Positions 50,219 to 59,424 of a stretch of 59,424 nt of DNA are shown here, piece by piece. Position 1 is the stretch's first letter, and every line of letters starts with the position of its first letter. The DNA comes from an uncultured Verrucomicrobiota bacterium (GTDB lineage Bacteria; Verrucomicrobiota; Verrucomicrobiia; Palsa-1439): NCBI GenBank assembly GCA_964574605.1, contig CAZNOK010000002.1:1-59424 (forward strand), read 5' to 3'. Under the pieces are notes generated by a model that saw only the letters and a list, made by a program, of their open reading frames with translations, was not told where the DNA came from and ran no database searches. A program made the translations under genes and the position numbers.

Positions 50219-50378
50219 ACGCAAAGTTGCTCGGCCATCAGAATCCGTGGCCATTCGTGTGTATCTGTGGTTAATATCTCGCGGGTGGCCGGAACATTAC
50301 CGGAACTTGGTTGCAACGCTGGATTCTGGTACAAGTTCAGCACAAACAAACCCGTTCTATTGAAAGGAGAGTCTTATC

Positions 50379-51005
50379 ATGAACCTGTTCACGAAACTCA
50401 GTGTGTTGCTGGTGGTCGGAGTCGCTTGCGCCGGGTGCGCGGCCACCAATAAGGGCGCGGCTTGGAAGCCGTTGATGGACGGCAAGACGTTCAACGGCTG
50501 GCACCCGGTCGGCGACGGACAGTGGACCGTCGAGGACGGGGCGTTCGTTGGCCGGGCGAACAAGGAGAAACTCTACGGCCTGTTGGTGAGCGACAAGCAA
50601 TTCAAGGATTTCACGGTGCGGTTCAAGTTCAAGTCCCTCACCGGCGACAGCGGTTTTTACGTTCGCACGATCATCGAGCCGCCGGAGAAGGCGCACGGGT
50701 TGCAGGTGCAAGTCGGGCCACCCAACACCGGCACGGGCGGCATCTATGAGAGCTACGGACGGAAGTGGCTCCCGGCAAAGCCAGCCGCCGATTTTGAGAA
50801 AACATACCTCAAGCCCGACGATTGGAACGAGATGACCATTGCCGCGCACGGCGGCAACATTGTTGTTCATGTCAACGGCATCAAGGTCACCGAGTTGCAG
50901 AATGATCCGAGCCGGCCGGAAGGTCATTTCGCGATGCAGATGCACGCCGGTTGCGTCATGGAAGTCCGATTCAAAGACATCGAGATTCTTGAGGCCAAGC
51001 CGTGA
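50379..51005 (+). CDS. DUF1080 (3-keto-disaccharide hydrolase family) lipoprotein
   Basis: AGGAG at 50365-50369. Lipobox-like LLVVGVACAGC. DUF1080 pattern (WKPLMDGKTFNGWHPVGDGQWTVEDGAFVG, FTVRFKFK, GDSGFYVRT, EGHFAMQMHAG..VRFKDIEI). Confidence 0.8.
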   Translation: MNLFTKLSVLLVVGVACAGCAATNKGAAWKPLMDGKTFNGWHPVGDGQWTVEDGAFVGRANKEKLYGLLVSDKQFKDFTVRFKFKSLTGDSGFYVRTIIEPPEKAHGLQVQVGPPNTGTGGIYESYGRKWLPAKPAADFEKTYLKPDDWNEMTIAAHGGNIVVHVNGIKVTELQNDPSRPEGHFAMQMHAGCVMEVRFKDIEILEAKP

Positions 51006-51093
51006 AAACCACAGTTGTAGGTAGGGGCGAGCCGCCGGCTCGCCCGCATCACATCACCCCAACGGACGAGCCGGCGGCTCGTCCCTACCGTGC
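51001..51093 (+). repeat. REP-like element, copy A (93-nt unit including the GTGA gene junction)
   Basis: The core at 51021-51088 is GTAGGGGCGAGCC-GCC-GGCTCGCCC...GGACGAGCC-GGC-GGCTCGTCCCTAC. The full 93 nt match 51981-52073 with 8 substitutions and no indels in my manual alignment. Confidence 0.85.
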
Positions 51094-51985
51094 TCTCCTG
51101 CTTGCGAGTTTTGCGTTTCTTTGCGGCCAATGTCTTGCCGCCAAGCCGACAACCGTTGACCGGACAACATCGTTGCGCGGTTCCTACGGAACGTATGCCA
51201 GCACGCCGCGCGGCAAGGACGGACGCGCGGATGTCGGGCGGCTGGCCAAGGAGTTGGTGGACTTGCGCGTCAACACCTATCACTGGCTCGTCTGGCATGC
51301 AGCGACGGATTGGGATGACTTGAAGCTATTCCTGCCGCTGGCACGCAAGCACAGCATTCGCGTCTGGGTCTGCTTGGTTCCGCCGTCGGAGTCGCCGCCA
51401 AAGACGAAGAACTACTCGGAGCCGTTCCGATTGGATTACGAGCGTTGGGCTGTCGAAATCGCCAAGCTCAGCAAAGTGGAGCCGAATCTCGTGGCGTGGT
51501 CCATTGATGATTTCTCCCACAACCTCAAGGTGTTCACCCCGGAACATCTGGGCAAGACCCTCGGCGAGGCGCGCAAGATCAATCCGCGGCTGGCATTTGT
51601 GCCGTGCGTTTATTTCCCGAAGGCGTCGCAGGCGGGATTGGCAAAGGATTATCGCGGGTTGCTCGACGGCATCCTGTTTCCGTATCGCCACGAGTCGGCC
51701 AAGGCCAACCTGACCGATGCGAGTCTGGTTTGTGAAGAAGTCGGGAAAATCAAGGCTGCATGGGGCGCGAACTTCCCTGTCATCGTGGATGTTTATTCCA
51801 CGGCACACAGTCGCCTCGGCGCTTCGACTCCTGATTACGTGCGGCAGGTGATGACCGCAGGGTTCCGCTGCGCCGATGGCGTTCACATCTACACGCATCC
51901 GCGTCCCGGTTCGGAGAAGCACGCTGTCGCAATGCGACTGTTCCATGAATGGGCAGCCAACACACCAAGGAGCAAGTCACCGTGA
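51002..51985 (+). CDS. Secreted hypothetical TIM-barrel glycoside-hydrolase-like protein
   Basis: GTG 51002 overlaps the DUF1080 stop (GTGA). The first 30 codons are REP-encoded (VKTTVVGRGEPPARPHHITPTDEPAARPYR), followed by the hydrophobic ALLLASFAFLCGQCLAA. The body has no named motif (LVWHAATDWDDLKLFLPLARKHSIRVWVCLVPP...). Confidence 0.5.
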   Translation: MKTTVVGRGEPPARPHHITPTDEPAARPYRALLLASFAFLCGQCLAAKPTTVDRTTSLRGSYGTYASTPRGKDGRADVGRLAKELVDLRVNTYHWLVWHAATDWDDLKLFLPLARKHSIRVWVCLVPPSESPPKTKNYSEPFRLDYERWAVEIAKLSKVEPNLVAWSIDDFSHNLKVFTPEHLGKTLGEARKINPRLAFVPCVYFPKASQAGLAKDYRGLLDGILFPYRHESAKANLTDASLVCEEVGKIKAAWGANFPVIVDVYSTAHSRLGASTPDYVRQVMTAGFRCADGVHIYTHPRPGSEKHAVAMRLFHEWAANTPRSKSP

Positions 51986-52073
51986 AGACCAGAATTACAG
52001 GTAGGGGCGAGCCGCCGTCTCGCCCGCATCACATCGCCCCAACGGACGAGCCGGCGGCTCGTCCCTACCGCGC
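51981..52073 (+). repeat. REP-like element, copy B (93-nt unit including the GTGA gene junction)
   Basis: See copy A. The core is at 52001-52068. One substitution weakens hairpin 1 (GCCGCCGTCTCGCCC). Confidence 0.85.
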
Positions 52074-53955
52074 CGCCGCGGCGCTTACCGTGTGCTTGCT
52101 GGCCTTCAGCATTTTCGCATCTTCCTGCGCGAGACAAGTCGACAGCACAAATCTCACTTTGCCGGCGGACAAACGGCCGGAATGGTTGCGTCGCGATGGC
52201 ATCGTGATGGCGGGAAGCTGGGAGCCGTTGTTGTTCCGCGTGCGACGCGACGGCGCAGAAGGTTACACGCCGACACCGGAACAGCGCGCCGCCTACGCGC
52301 GCGAACACAGCCCGGAGATGGTGGCGAAGTTGAAATCGCTCGGCGTGAACTTCGTGATGATGCACTGCTACAAGGGCGGCGGGCTGGAGGCGGAACGCGA
52401 AAGCATGGCCGACGCGGTGAAGTTCGCCAAGCTCTGTCACGACGCCGGACTGCGCGTGGGTTGTTACACCTACAGCGGCGCCTTCATTTGGGAACTGTTC
52501 TTCAAGGAGATGCCACAAGCCAAGGACTGGGTCATCCTCAATCCCGATGCTTCGCCGCTCACCTACGGCAAGGCCGGATACCGCTACTTCTGGAACCACT
52601 GTCATCCCGACGCGCAGGCGTTCTACCGCAAGATTGTGCGGTTCGCCGTCGAAGATATCCGCACCGATCTCATCCACTTCGACAACTACACTATCGGCCC
52701 GGGCCATGACGCACATTCCGTCACCCGCTTCCGCGAGTATTTGCGCAAGACGTTTCCCGCATCGCTGCTGAACGTTGACATCGCCACCGTCATGCCGCCG
52801 GACCGCGCTTGCACCAACCTGCTCAGCCGCGCGTGGGCGGATTTTTGCTGCCAGTCCATTTCCGATTCGTTCCATGACATGACACGCTACGCGCGCTCGT
52901 TGCGCCCGGACATTCTCATGGAAACGAATCCTGCCGGCATCAGCCCAACAATCCGCTGGGCGGTGGATCATGGACGGTTGTTGCGCGGCGGCGAGGCGTT
53001 TTGGGATGAAGGACGCCGCCCCGGTCTTGTAAAAGACAAGCTGACAACGCGCATCCGCACGTTCAAGGCAGCGCGCGGCCTGAACAACTCGGCGTTTGTC
53101 TATACCCGCACTCCGCTCGAAACGGCCGAGTCCATGGCCTTCAATCTCGATTGTCTCGGTTGCGTCTGCTGGTTTGAATATGGCGAGCCATACGAGCATC
53201 CCGGCGACAAAACGCTCATGTCCCCTGCCCTGTTGCCGTTCGTAAACTTCTTCCACAAGCGGCGCGACTTGTTACGCGACGCCAACGTCGTGGCCGATGT
53301 CGGCGTGTTCCGAAGCTGGCCTTCGATACAGTTCGGCTCGCGTCAGACGGCGAAACTCACCGGTGAAGTCGAGGACTTGCTCATTGCGAACCGTTACGCA
53401 TTCCAGTTGGTGTTCGACACGCAACTTGAGGAACTCTCACGCTGGCCGGTGCTTGTGATGCCGGGCTGCGTGGCGTTGTCGGACGCGCAGGTGAAGGCAA
53501 TCCGCCGCTACGTCGCCAATGGCGGGCGGCTCTGTGTCATCGGCCCGCTGGCGACGCACAACGAGTGGATGTTGCCGCGCGAGAAACCCGCGCTCGACGA
53601 TTTACCGGCGGTTCGCGTGGACGAAAAAGGCGACTGGCTCGATGCGATCCGCCGCGCCTGCGGCGGCCAGTTTTCCCTTTCCATCACAACCGATTCGAAA
53701 GCTCTGTGTGCGGAACTCACCGAGCAACCTAATCGTCGCCTTGTGCATCTGGTGAATTACAACGCAGAAAATCCAGTGAAGGACGCCGTCGTTCGCGTCG
53801 TGCTTCCGAAAGGACGCGCGGCAAAGTCCGTCACACTCGCCAGCCCTGAGCACGCCGCCGACATCACAGTCCCGTTCAAGCAAGAAGGCGGCGTCGTGAC
53901 ATTCGCCGTACCAACGGTCGGCGTTTATGAAATCGCAGTTGTGTCATTCACATGA
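51982..53955 (+). CDS. Secreted putative glycoside hydrolase (TIM barrel + GATase1-like GH42-trimerisation-type module)
   Basis: GTG 51982 overlaps the upstream stop (GTGA). The N-terminus VKTRITGRGEPPSRPHHIAPTDEPAARPYR is REP-encoded, followed by AAAALTVCLLAFSIFASSCA. GVNFVMMHCYKGGG...LRVGCYTY and a C-terminal WPVLVMPGCVALSDAQVKAIRRYVANGGRLCVIG are also present. Confidence 0.45.
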   Translation: MKTRITGRGEPPSRPHHIAPTDEPAARPYRAAAALTVCLLAFSIFASSCARQVDSTNLTLPADKRPEWLRRDGIVMAGSWEPLLFRVRRDGAEGYTPTPEQRAAYAREHSPEMVAKLKSLGVNFVMMHCYKGGGLEAERESMADAVKFAKLCHDAGLRVGCYTYSGAFIWELFFKEMPQAKDWVILNPDASPLTYGKAGYRYFWNHCHPDAQAFYRKIVRFAVEDIRTDLIHFDNYTIGPGHDAHSVTRFREYLRKTFPASLLNVDIATVMPPDRACTNLLSRAWADFCCQSISDSFHDMTRYARSLRPDILMETNPAGISPTIRWAVDHGRLLRGGEAFWDEGRRPGLVKDKLTTRIRTFKAARGLNNSAFVYTRTPLETAESMAFNLDCLGCVCWFEYGEPYEHPGDKTLMSPALLPFVNFFHKRRDLLRDANVVADVGVFRSWPSIQFGSRQTAKLTGEVEDLLIANRYAFQLVFDTQLEELSRWPVLVMPGCVALSDAQVKAIRRYVANGGRLCVIGPLATHNEWMLPREKPALDDLPAVRVDEKGDWLDAIRRACGGQFSLSITTDSKALCAELTEQPNRRLVHLVNYNAENPVKDAVVRVVLPKGRAAKSVTLASPEHAADITVPFKQEGGVVTFAVPTVGVYEIAVVSFT

Positions 53956-56900
53956 TGAGATTCATTGCGTTCGTTTGTGGTGTCCTTCTTGCGGTTGCTG
54001 CCAACGGCGAACTCGTAGCGAAGCCCGTCCGCCAGACGACGCCGTTGGTCAGCAATGGCCGCGCACCGGTTATCCTCGCGCCCGCAAGCGCGGCTGCGGA
54101 AACGCTGCGCGCTGCGCTGGCGAGACGGCTTGGCGTAACGCCGCGTTTGGTGAGCCGGCCCGCCGAGGCCGCGCCGGGTCAGCAGACAGCGATCGCGCTC
54201 GGCAACATGCTCGACAACGAATTGCTCACGCGGCTGTATTGGAGCCATTACACCTACGAGGACGCACAATTCCCCGGCCCAGACGGTTACACGGTGCATA
54301 CGGTCTTCGACCCGTATCACTGGGCTGGCGGTCAGGATGTGATCGTACTCGGTGCGAGCCGGCCTGAACAACTCGACAAAGCAGTCGAGCGATTCCTCAG
54401 TCTGTTGCAAGGCAATGGATCTTCGACAGTCCTCCCCTACTCCATGATCGTCGAGCCGGCGAAACCTCTGACGCCGGCCACGCGCCGAAACGCCTTGGCA
54501 AGACCGGTGGACCCGTCGTTCGCCGGGTTCCGGGCCAACGCCGAGCAATACCTCAAGACCGGCGAGGAAACCTATGCGCAGCTTGCCATTACCGCGCTCG
54601 ACATCATGGTTGAGACTTATCGCAAGAACCCCAAGCGTCACACGCCGTGGCCGGAGGAGACCACATCGGGCGAGATATTCGCTGCATGGGATGCTTTTGA
54701 GGAGTGCCCGCTCATCAAGCCGGAACGTCGGGGTGATTATCTGGAGGCATTTTTGGCTTGGAGCCGCGATCTCACACGCCGCTCCTACGAGTATCGCGTC
54801 ATTGACGAGAAGTTCACGGTAACGTGGAACCACACGACGTTTGCGCTGCTGGGGCTGTATTTCTCCGGGCGCTACTTTGACCGGCACTACGGTCTGCCCG
54901 AGGCGAAAGAGTGGCTGCGAAAGTCGCGGCTCGGTTTCGCTGCACAGGCGCGCTCATGCAAACCACAAGAAGACGCCGACCATTATCTCACGGCGACGAT
55001 GCGGCACACCATCGAGTTTTCGCTGGCAGACTGGGACCTGCGTTTCTTCCAGAACGGCCTAATCAAACGTTACGCCGACTATGTGGTGGCGTGCGGCGAC
55101 ACCCGCCAATGGCCGGCAGGTTTCGGCGACAGCGGTTATTCGACGAGCGCGACGTTGGCCAAGGCGGCGTTGCCCGTCGCGTATTGGTGGACGCGCGATC
55201 CCGGTTACCGTTGGCTGCTCGAACAAACCGGCTGGAAAAACCCTTTCTGGCTCGATGTCGAGCCGCGCACGCCGGAGCGATTTGTCGGGCTAAACGTCTT
55301 CCCAATGGACCGCCAGATTTACGACGACACACAACGGCGTCCAACCTACTACGAGACGTTCGAACGGGCCGACGTACCGTTCGAGGAAGCGTGGGACAAG
55401 ATCAGTTTCCGCGAGAACTGGGAACCCGACGGGCAGTATCTACTCCTCGACGGATTGGGTCGCGGCAAGCACCTGCACTTCGATTGCAACGGCATCACGA
55501 CGTTTGTGCAGGACGGCGAACGATGGCTGATTGATCACGACTATCTCGTGCGCAACACGACCGAACACTCGATGTTATCCGTCCTGCGCGACGGTCGCTG
55601 CACAAAGCTCGTGCCGAGCTTGGCAGGGCTAGCCTCCAGCGAGGATCGCCACGGCATGGCCGCCACGCGCACCTACGTCAAGAACTACAACGGTGTTGAC
55701 TGGGACCGGCGCATCCTCTGGAACAAAGGCGCCTGGTTCCTAGTTCAGGACACGATCACCACACGCGAGCCCGGCGACTACGATCTTGATCTCACGTGGA
55801 AGACAATTGACTGCGGCAATCAGCGCGTAAACGAGAATGGACGGTTCACAGCCCAACGCCCACACTCCATTGAGAACCAAAGCGTGGCGGTAGTGGATGA
55901 TCCCCAAGCCTCCAACGGCAAGGCTGTGGTCATGTCGTCGCGTTCGGCAAAGTTGCTTTTCAACGTCGAATTACCGCGGGGCGAATACCAAGTGGGCGTC
56001 ATTGGCTACGGCGCGGGCACCGGCAGCGATTCGGTGTTTCTGAGCATGGACGGCGCTGAGAAGATCGGCGCAGGTCTGCCCATAGGAAGTTATGCGCGTT
56101 CGACCCGCACCGTGCGCTGCAACACGGCCGCCGATGGCCGGCACACGCTGCAAGTGACGTTACGCGAGAATCCGCCGGTTCGGATTGACCGGATCGAGTT
56201 TCGACGCGCCAACTCTCCACCCAAAGTGGTTTACGCCGCGCAAGCGGTGCCTGCTGTCACGAAACCCGTGGTTAGCGCCTTGCACATTAATTCCGTCGTG
56301 CCCGCGCGCGCCTGGGTGACCGATCACGTTCGCCAAGGAATCTCAGTGCCGGTCTCCGTCCTGCACCAACGGCAGTCAGCGCACCTGAAGGCGGGCGAGA
56401 GCAGAACGTTCTGCTCGTTGGTGTACGCGACCGGGCCGAAACATCCGGCCGAGTTCGACGTCGCGGCGGTGTGCGCGTCGGTGCGCACGCACACGCTTGC
56501 GTGGAGCGGCCTCGATGTCGCCGCGCTGAGCGGCACTCCAAGAACGATCGTCAAACAACCGTTCTCCGACTCGAAGCGAACCACAGCCACACCGCTTTGG
56601 AGCGTGACACTCACAACCAACTCGCCGGTGTTCCGGATCACACCCACCGAGACAGCGTTGCTCATTGCCTGCGGACAAGCTTCCTATGCCGTCAGCAGCA
56701 GCGGCAAACTTCTTTGGTCGTATCCAACCGCCGGCGTCGTTCGCGATGTTTCGATGGCTCGATTCGCCAAGAACGCTCCTCCCACCATTCTCGTGTCGAG
56801 CGCCGACACGTATCTCCACCAACTCGATCCTCTCGGCCATCTGAAGCGGAAAGACCGGATGACCGGCATCTACTTCAATCAGGACCACGGCGAACGACCG

Positions 56901-57632
56901 TGGGGACTCTATTGCACACGCGGCGTGGACGAGAACGGCGATGGCGTGGACGACATGATGGTGACAACCCTCGCCAGCATGGAAAGTCAGGGGTTGTCGC
57001 CGGATGCGAAGAAGCTCTGGCGCACCTTGTCGGCGTATCATGGTTGCATGGAGATCGCGGTGGAGGATTTGGATCGCGACGGCAAATCCGAGATCGTCAT
57101 CGCCAACAAGTATGGTGCGGTATTCGTCCTGCATCCCGATGGCAGCACCGCGTTGCGTTCATCCACGTCCATCGGCGATGTGACGTTCGGCCTCGGCGAT
57201 CTCAACGGCGATGGCAAGAAAGAGATTGTCCACGGCTCATCCACCGGCGATCTGATCGCGGTGGACCTTCGCAACAAGACCCTCTGGCGATTCGATAATT
57301 ACGGCTATCCTGTCGAGCGCATCCGTTGCGCCGACATCAACGGCAAGACGGAAGTCCTCATCGCGTCAGGCACTGGTTACGTTTACTGTCTCGACGCCAA
57401 CGGGAAGTTGCTCTGGCAGCAGCGACTCGGCTTGGCTGTGCACGATCTGGTTTTGGCTGGCAGCCTCATTATCGCCGGCACGGAGGACGGAGAAGTCCAC
57501 GCGCTAAATCCTGACGGGAAACTGTTGTGGTCACGATTTGTAGGCGCGCCCGTGATGAAACTCGCCTTGATCCCGTCGGCTGTGGTGGCTGGCCTTGGCG
57601 ATGGCCGACTGCTGGCGTTGCCTGTGAAGTGA
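53952..57632 (+). CDS. Large secreted protein: heparinase II/III-like region plus C-terminal FG-GAP/PQQ-like beta-propeller
   Basis: ATGA overlap upstream. Signal peptide MMRFIAFVCGVLLAVAANG. GKHLHFDCNGITTFVQDGERWLIDHDYLVRNTTEHS resembles the heparinase II/III C-terminal motif. The tail has repeats DLDRDGKSEIVIANKYGAVFVL, GDLNGDGKKEIVHGSSTGDLIAVD, GYVYCLDANGKLLW and GEVHALNPDGKLLW. Confidence 0.55.
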   Translation: MMRFIAFVCGVLLAVAANGELVAKPVRQTTPLVSNGRAPVILAPASAAAETLRAALARRLGVTPRLVSRPAEAAPGQQTAIALGNMLDNELLTRLYWSHYTYEDAQFPGPDGYTVHTVFDPYHWAGGQDVIVLGASRPEQLDKAVERFLSLLQGNGSSTVLPYSMIVEPAKPLTPATRRNALARPVDPSFAGFRANAEQYLKTGEETYAQLAITALDIMVETYRKNPKRHTPWPEETTSGEIFAAWDAFEECPLIKPERRGDYLEAFLAWSRDLTRRSYEYRVIDEKFTVTWNHTTFALLGLYFSGRYFDRHYGLPEAKEWLRKSRLGFAAQARSCKPQEDADHYLTATMRHTIEFSLADWDLRFFQNGLIKRYADYVVACGDTRQWPAGFGDSGYSTSATLAKAALPVAYWWTRDPGYRWLLEQTGWKNPFWLDVEPRTPERFVGLNVFPMDRQIYDDTQRRPTYYETFERADVPFEEAWDKISFRENWEPDGQYLLLDGLGRGKHLHFDCNGITTFVQDGERWLIDHDYLVRNTTEHSMLSVLRDGRCTKLVPSLAGLASSEDRHGMAATRTYVKNYNGVDWDRRILWNKGAWFLVQDTITTREPGDYDLDLTWKTIDCGNQRVNENGRFTAQRPHSIENQSVAVVDDPQASNGKAVVMSSRSAKLLFNVELPRGEYQVGVIGYGAGTGSDSVFLSMDGAEKIGAGLPIGSYARSTRTVRCNTAADGRHTLQVTLRENPPVRIDRIEFRRANSPPKVVYAAQAVPAVTKPVVSALHINSVVPARAWVTDHVRQGISVPVSVLHQRQSAHLKAGESRTFCSLVYATGPKHPAEFDVAAVCASVRTHTLAWSGLDVAALSGTPRTIVKQPFSDSKRTTATPLWSVTLTTNSPVFRITPTETALLIACGQASYAVSSSGKLLWSYPTAGVVRDVSMARFAKNAPPTILVSSADTYLHQLDPLGHLKRKDRMTGIYFNQDHGERPWGLYCTRGVDENGDGVDDMMVTTLASMESQGLSPDAKKLWRTLSAYHGCMEIAVEDLDRDGKSEIVIANKYGAVFVLHPDGSTALRSSTSIGDVTFGLGDLNGDGKKEIVHGSSTGDLIAVDLRNKTLWRFDNYGYPVERIRCADINGKTEVLIASGTGYVYCLDANGKLLWQQRLGLAVHDLVLAGSLIIAGTEDGEVHALNPDGKLLWSRFVGAPVMKLALIPSAVVAGLGDGRLLALPVK

Positions 57633-57646
57633 GTTCTTTTGCTTGT

Positions 57647-59422
57647 CTAAGGAACCACGGGAAGAACAAGCCTTGACGCACACTGCCCGCCGTGACGGAT
57701 AGTTTGGGTAGCGACTTCGAGTTTCGCATCGGCATTCTGATCGGCGGCGGTGTTGTGATTGCGGTCGTAGTTGGGGAAATCGCTGCTGGTAACGTCGAGG
57801 CGGATACGATGACCGGGCTGGAACTCGTTCGCAGTGGGGCGCAGCTTGATGCGATACTCAACGACTTCGCCGGGCTTGAGGAGTCGCGGTTTGTCGAGGC
57901 CATCACGATACCGCGCGCGCACCATGCCGGAGGCGATGTCGCGGTTTGTGCCATCGGGCGCAACGTCAATGAGCCTTGCGAAAAAGTCCGTGTCCGGCGC
58001 CGAGGAGGCAGCGTAGAGGACAACCTCCGGATACCCCGTGACCTCCAGCGGCATCGTGAGCGGTTCGGTTTGATACACGAGAATGTCCTCCCTCTTGGCG
58101 AGCGGCGTTTGATCGGAAGGCAAGGTGAACATGTTGGCGTCCCAAAGTGTCGGCACGGGATCACGCGGGTCATAGCGATAACGGTCGGCACCGGGTTTTT
58201 CCGTCGTTGTCAGCAGCCGCTTGTTGCTGGCGAGGAACCATTCCGCTTTTTGTGCGCGCTTTGGCGGCCATTCCTGTTCGTCACGCCATTGGTTTGCACC
58301 CATGACAAAGATGCGCACGGGGGCGTCCTTGTCCACGCCGTTGGCCTTGCCTTTCAGCCAGTAGTCGAACCAGCGGATTTCCGCCTGCGCAATGTCAAAC
58401 TCAGCCTCTGGACCAAAATCTATGTTCCCCACCTTGCGTCGTGGGGCGCCGGTATGGTTCCACGGGCCGATGATGAGGCGTTGGCCGGTGCGGGCGGCTT
58501 TCGTCCGACCCACGCGACACATCGTTTGATGAAACTCGATGCTGTCGTTGCAGTGGTCGAACCAACCGACGATGTCGAAGTTGGGGACGCTGATTTCCGG
58601 GCAGCCGTCCGTCAACCGCCACGGATCAAGATGAGGTTGCCGCAGCCACGCTTTCACACATTCTTCTTCCTCTTCGAAAACCATTTTCGGCAGATTCAGC
58701 CACGGCAGAAAATACAACAGACGATCGCGCTCGCCCTCCTTCCAGAGTTTGGCCGCGTCTGCTTTTGTCTTTGGACCTTCTGCGCCGGAGCGGAGTCGCA
58801 TATCGGGCGTCATGCCGCAGTAAAACCAGTTTAACCGTCGGCCCGGACGAATCGTGCCCGGTCCTTCGACCTGTGTCAGGCGCGGCGGAATCGTGCCGGC
58901 CGACATGGCCACGAGCGACGGCGGACGCAGCGGCGCAAGCCGCCATTGCAAAAACGCATTGTAAGAACGGCCAAACGTTCCGACCTTGCCGTTTGAGCCC
59001 GGCAACTTCGCGGCCCATTCGACGGTGTCGTAGCCGTCTTCGGCATCGTGGGTTTGGAAGCGGTAAAACGATTCCCATTTCCCGTCGGAGGCATAACGAC
59101 CGCGTGCGTCCTGCCGCACGACGATATAGCCCGCCTCCACATGAGGATCAGCTTTCTTGCGATCCTTGCTATACGGCGTGCGCAACACCAACACCGGATG
59201 CGGTCCGGGTTCTGAAGGACGGAACACATCGGCGCGCAGGATCACGCCGTCGCGCATCGGCACCGGCACATTGCGCTCCACATTCACTTCGGCGGCAAGC
59301 AGCGCGACGCCAAGCAGAAGTCCGATTCCGGTAGCCGCACCCTTTACGGCTGCGCAGGAGACGCAGGCATAAAGTCTGCGGCTACGGGTTCTGTGAGAAG
59401 CTTTTAGTTCTTGAAAACGCAT
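57647..59422 (-). CDS. CocE/NonD-family (S15 X-Pro dipeptidyl-peptidase-like) hydrolase
   Basis: The N-terminal catalytic region is typical of the family (VPVPMRDGVILRADVFRPSEPGPHPVLVLRTPYSKD, GYIVVRQDARGRYASDGKW, VGTFGRSYNAFLQW). A C-terminal jelly-roll domain follows. The ATG lies 2 nt from the window end. Confidence 0.8.
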   Translation of the reverse strand: MRFQELKASHRTRSRRLYACVSCAAVKGAATGIGLLLGVALLAAEVNVERNVPVPMRDGVILRADVFRPSEPGPHPVLVLRTPYSKDRKKADPHVEAGYIVVRQDARGRYASDGKWESFYRFQTHDAEDGYDTVEWAAKLPGSNGKVGTFGRSYNAFLQWRLAPLRPPSLVAMSAGTIPPRLTQVEGPGTIRPGRRLNWFYCGMTPDMRLRSGAEGPKTKADAAKLWKEGERDRLLYFLPWLNLPKMVFEEEEECVKAWLRQPHLDPWRLTDGCPEISVPNFDIVGWFDHCNDSIEFHQTMCRVGRTKAARTGQRLIIGPWNHTGAPRRKVGNIDFGPEAEFDIAQAEIRWFDYWLKGKANGVDKDAPVRIFVMGANQWRDEQEWPPKRAQKAEWFLASNKRLLTTTEKPGADRYRYDPRDPVPTLWDANMFTLPSDQTPLAKREDILVYQTEPLTMPLEVTGYPEVVLYAASSAPDTDFFARLIDVAPDGTNRDIASGMVRARYRDGLDKPRLLKPGEVVEYRIKLRPTANEFQPGHRIRLDVTSSDFPNYDRNHNTAADQNADAKLEVATQTIRHGGQCASRLVLPVVP

Positions 59423-59424
59423 AT

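Overview
GC-rich bacterial chromosome segment. My hand counts of 60-nt samples give about 63-67% G+C in typical genes. The gene content suggests a Verrucomicrobiota/Planctomycetota-type glycan-degradation region, but the taxon is inference only. That content includes Tat-signal periplasmic oxidoreductases, LamG-decorated secreted enzymes, a sulfatase, a GH109-like enzyme, DUF1080, a BNR/GH28 fusion, beta-helix proteins and many 4-nt start/stop overlaps. I support about 40 protein-coding genes and no rRNA, tRNA or CRISPR. Four things stand out from the catabolic background. (1) An 8.6-kb block on the minus strand (13140-21756) contains a 1110-aa protein with no signal peptide, built as LamG / poly-Ser / Cys-rich / LamG / poly-Ser, ending in a lower-GC toxin-like C-terminal domain. 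A lower-GC membrane protein follows (candidate immunity). The block also holds a zinc-ribbon protein with 12 x 21-bp repeats, a 206-aa unknown, and an ATGA-coupled trio: a highly basic poly-Ser protein, then a GT9, then a GT8-like/SAM-methyltransferase fusion. I read the trio as a candidate dedicated O-glycosylation system for poly-Ser proteins. (2) A family of GTAGGG...CCCTAC double-hairpin REP-like elements has five copies. Three copies lie in frame between the only available start codon and the signal-peptide core of secreted enzymes. Two of those copies are 93-nt near-identical segments that include the GTGA stop/start junction. (3) A lower-GC islet (about 47.2-50.3 kb) carries an HNH endonuclease gene and a divergent unknown gene that an IS630-family element has cleanly split. 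The IS transposase is itself frameshifted at a T6 run. (4) There are several unusual domain fusions: tetrahaem cytochrome c + LamG + xylose-isomerase-like TIM barrel, BNR sialidase-like + GH28, and a secreted tandem GATase1 with one degenerate half. All functional calls rest on motif recognition by eye, without HMM or BLAST searches.
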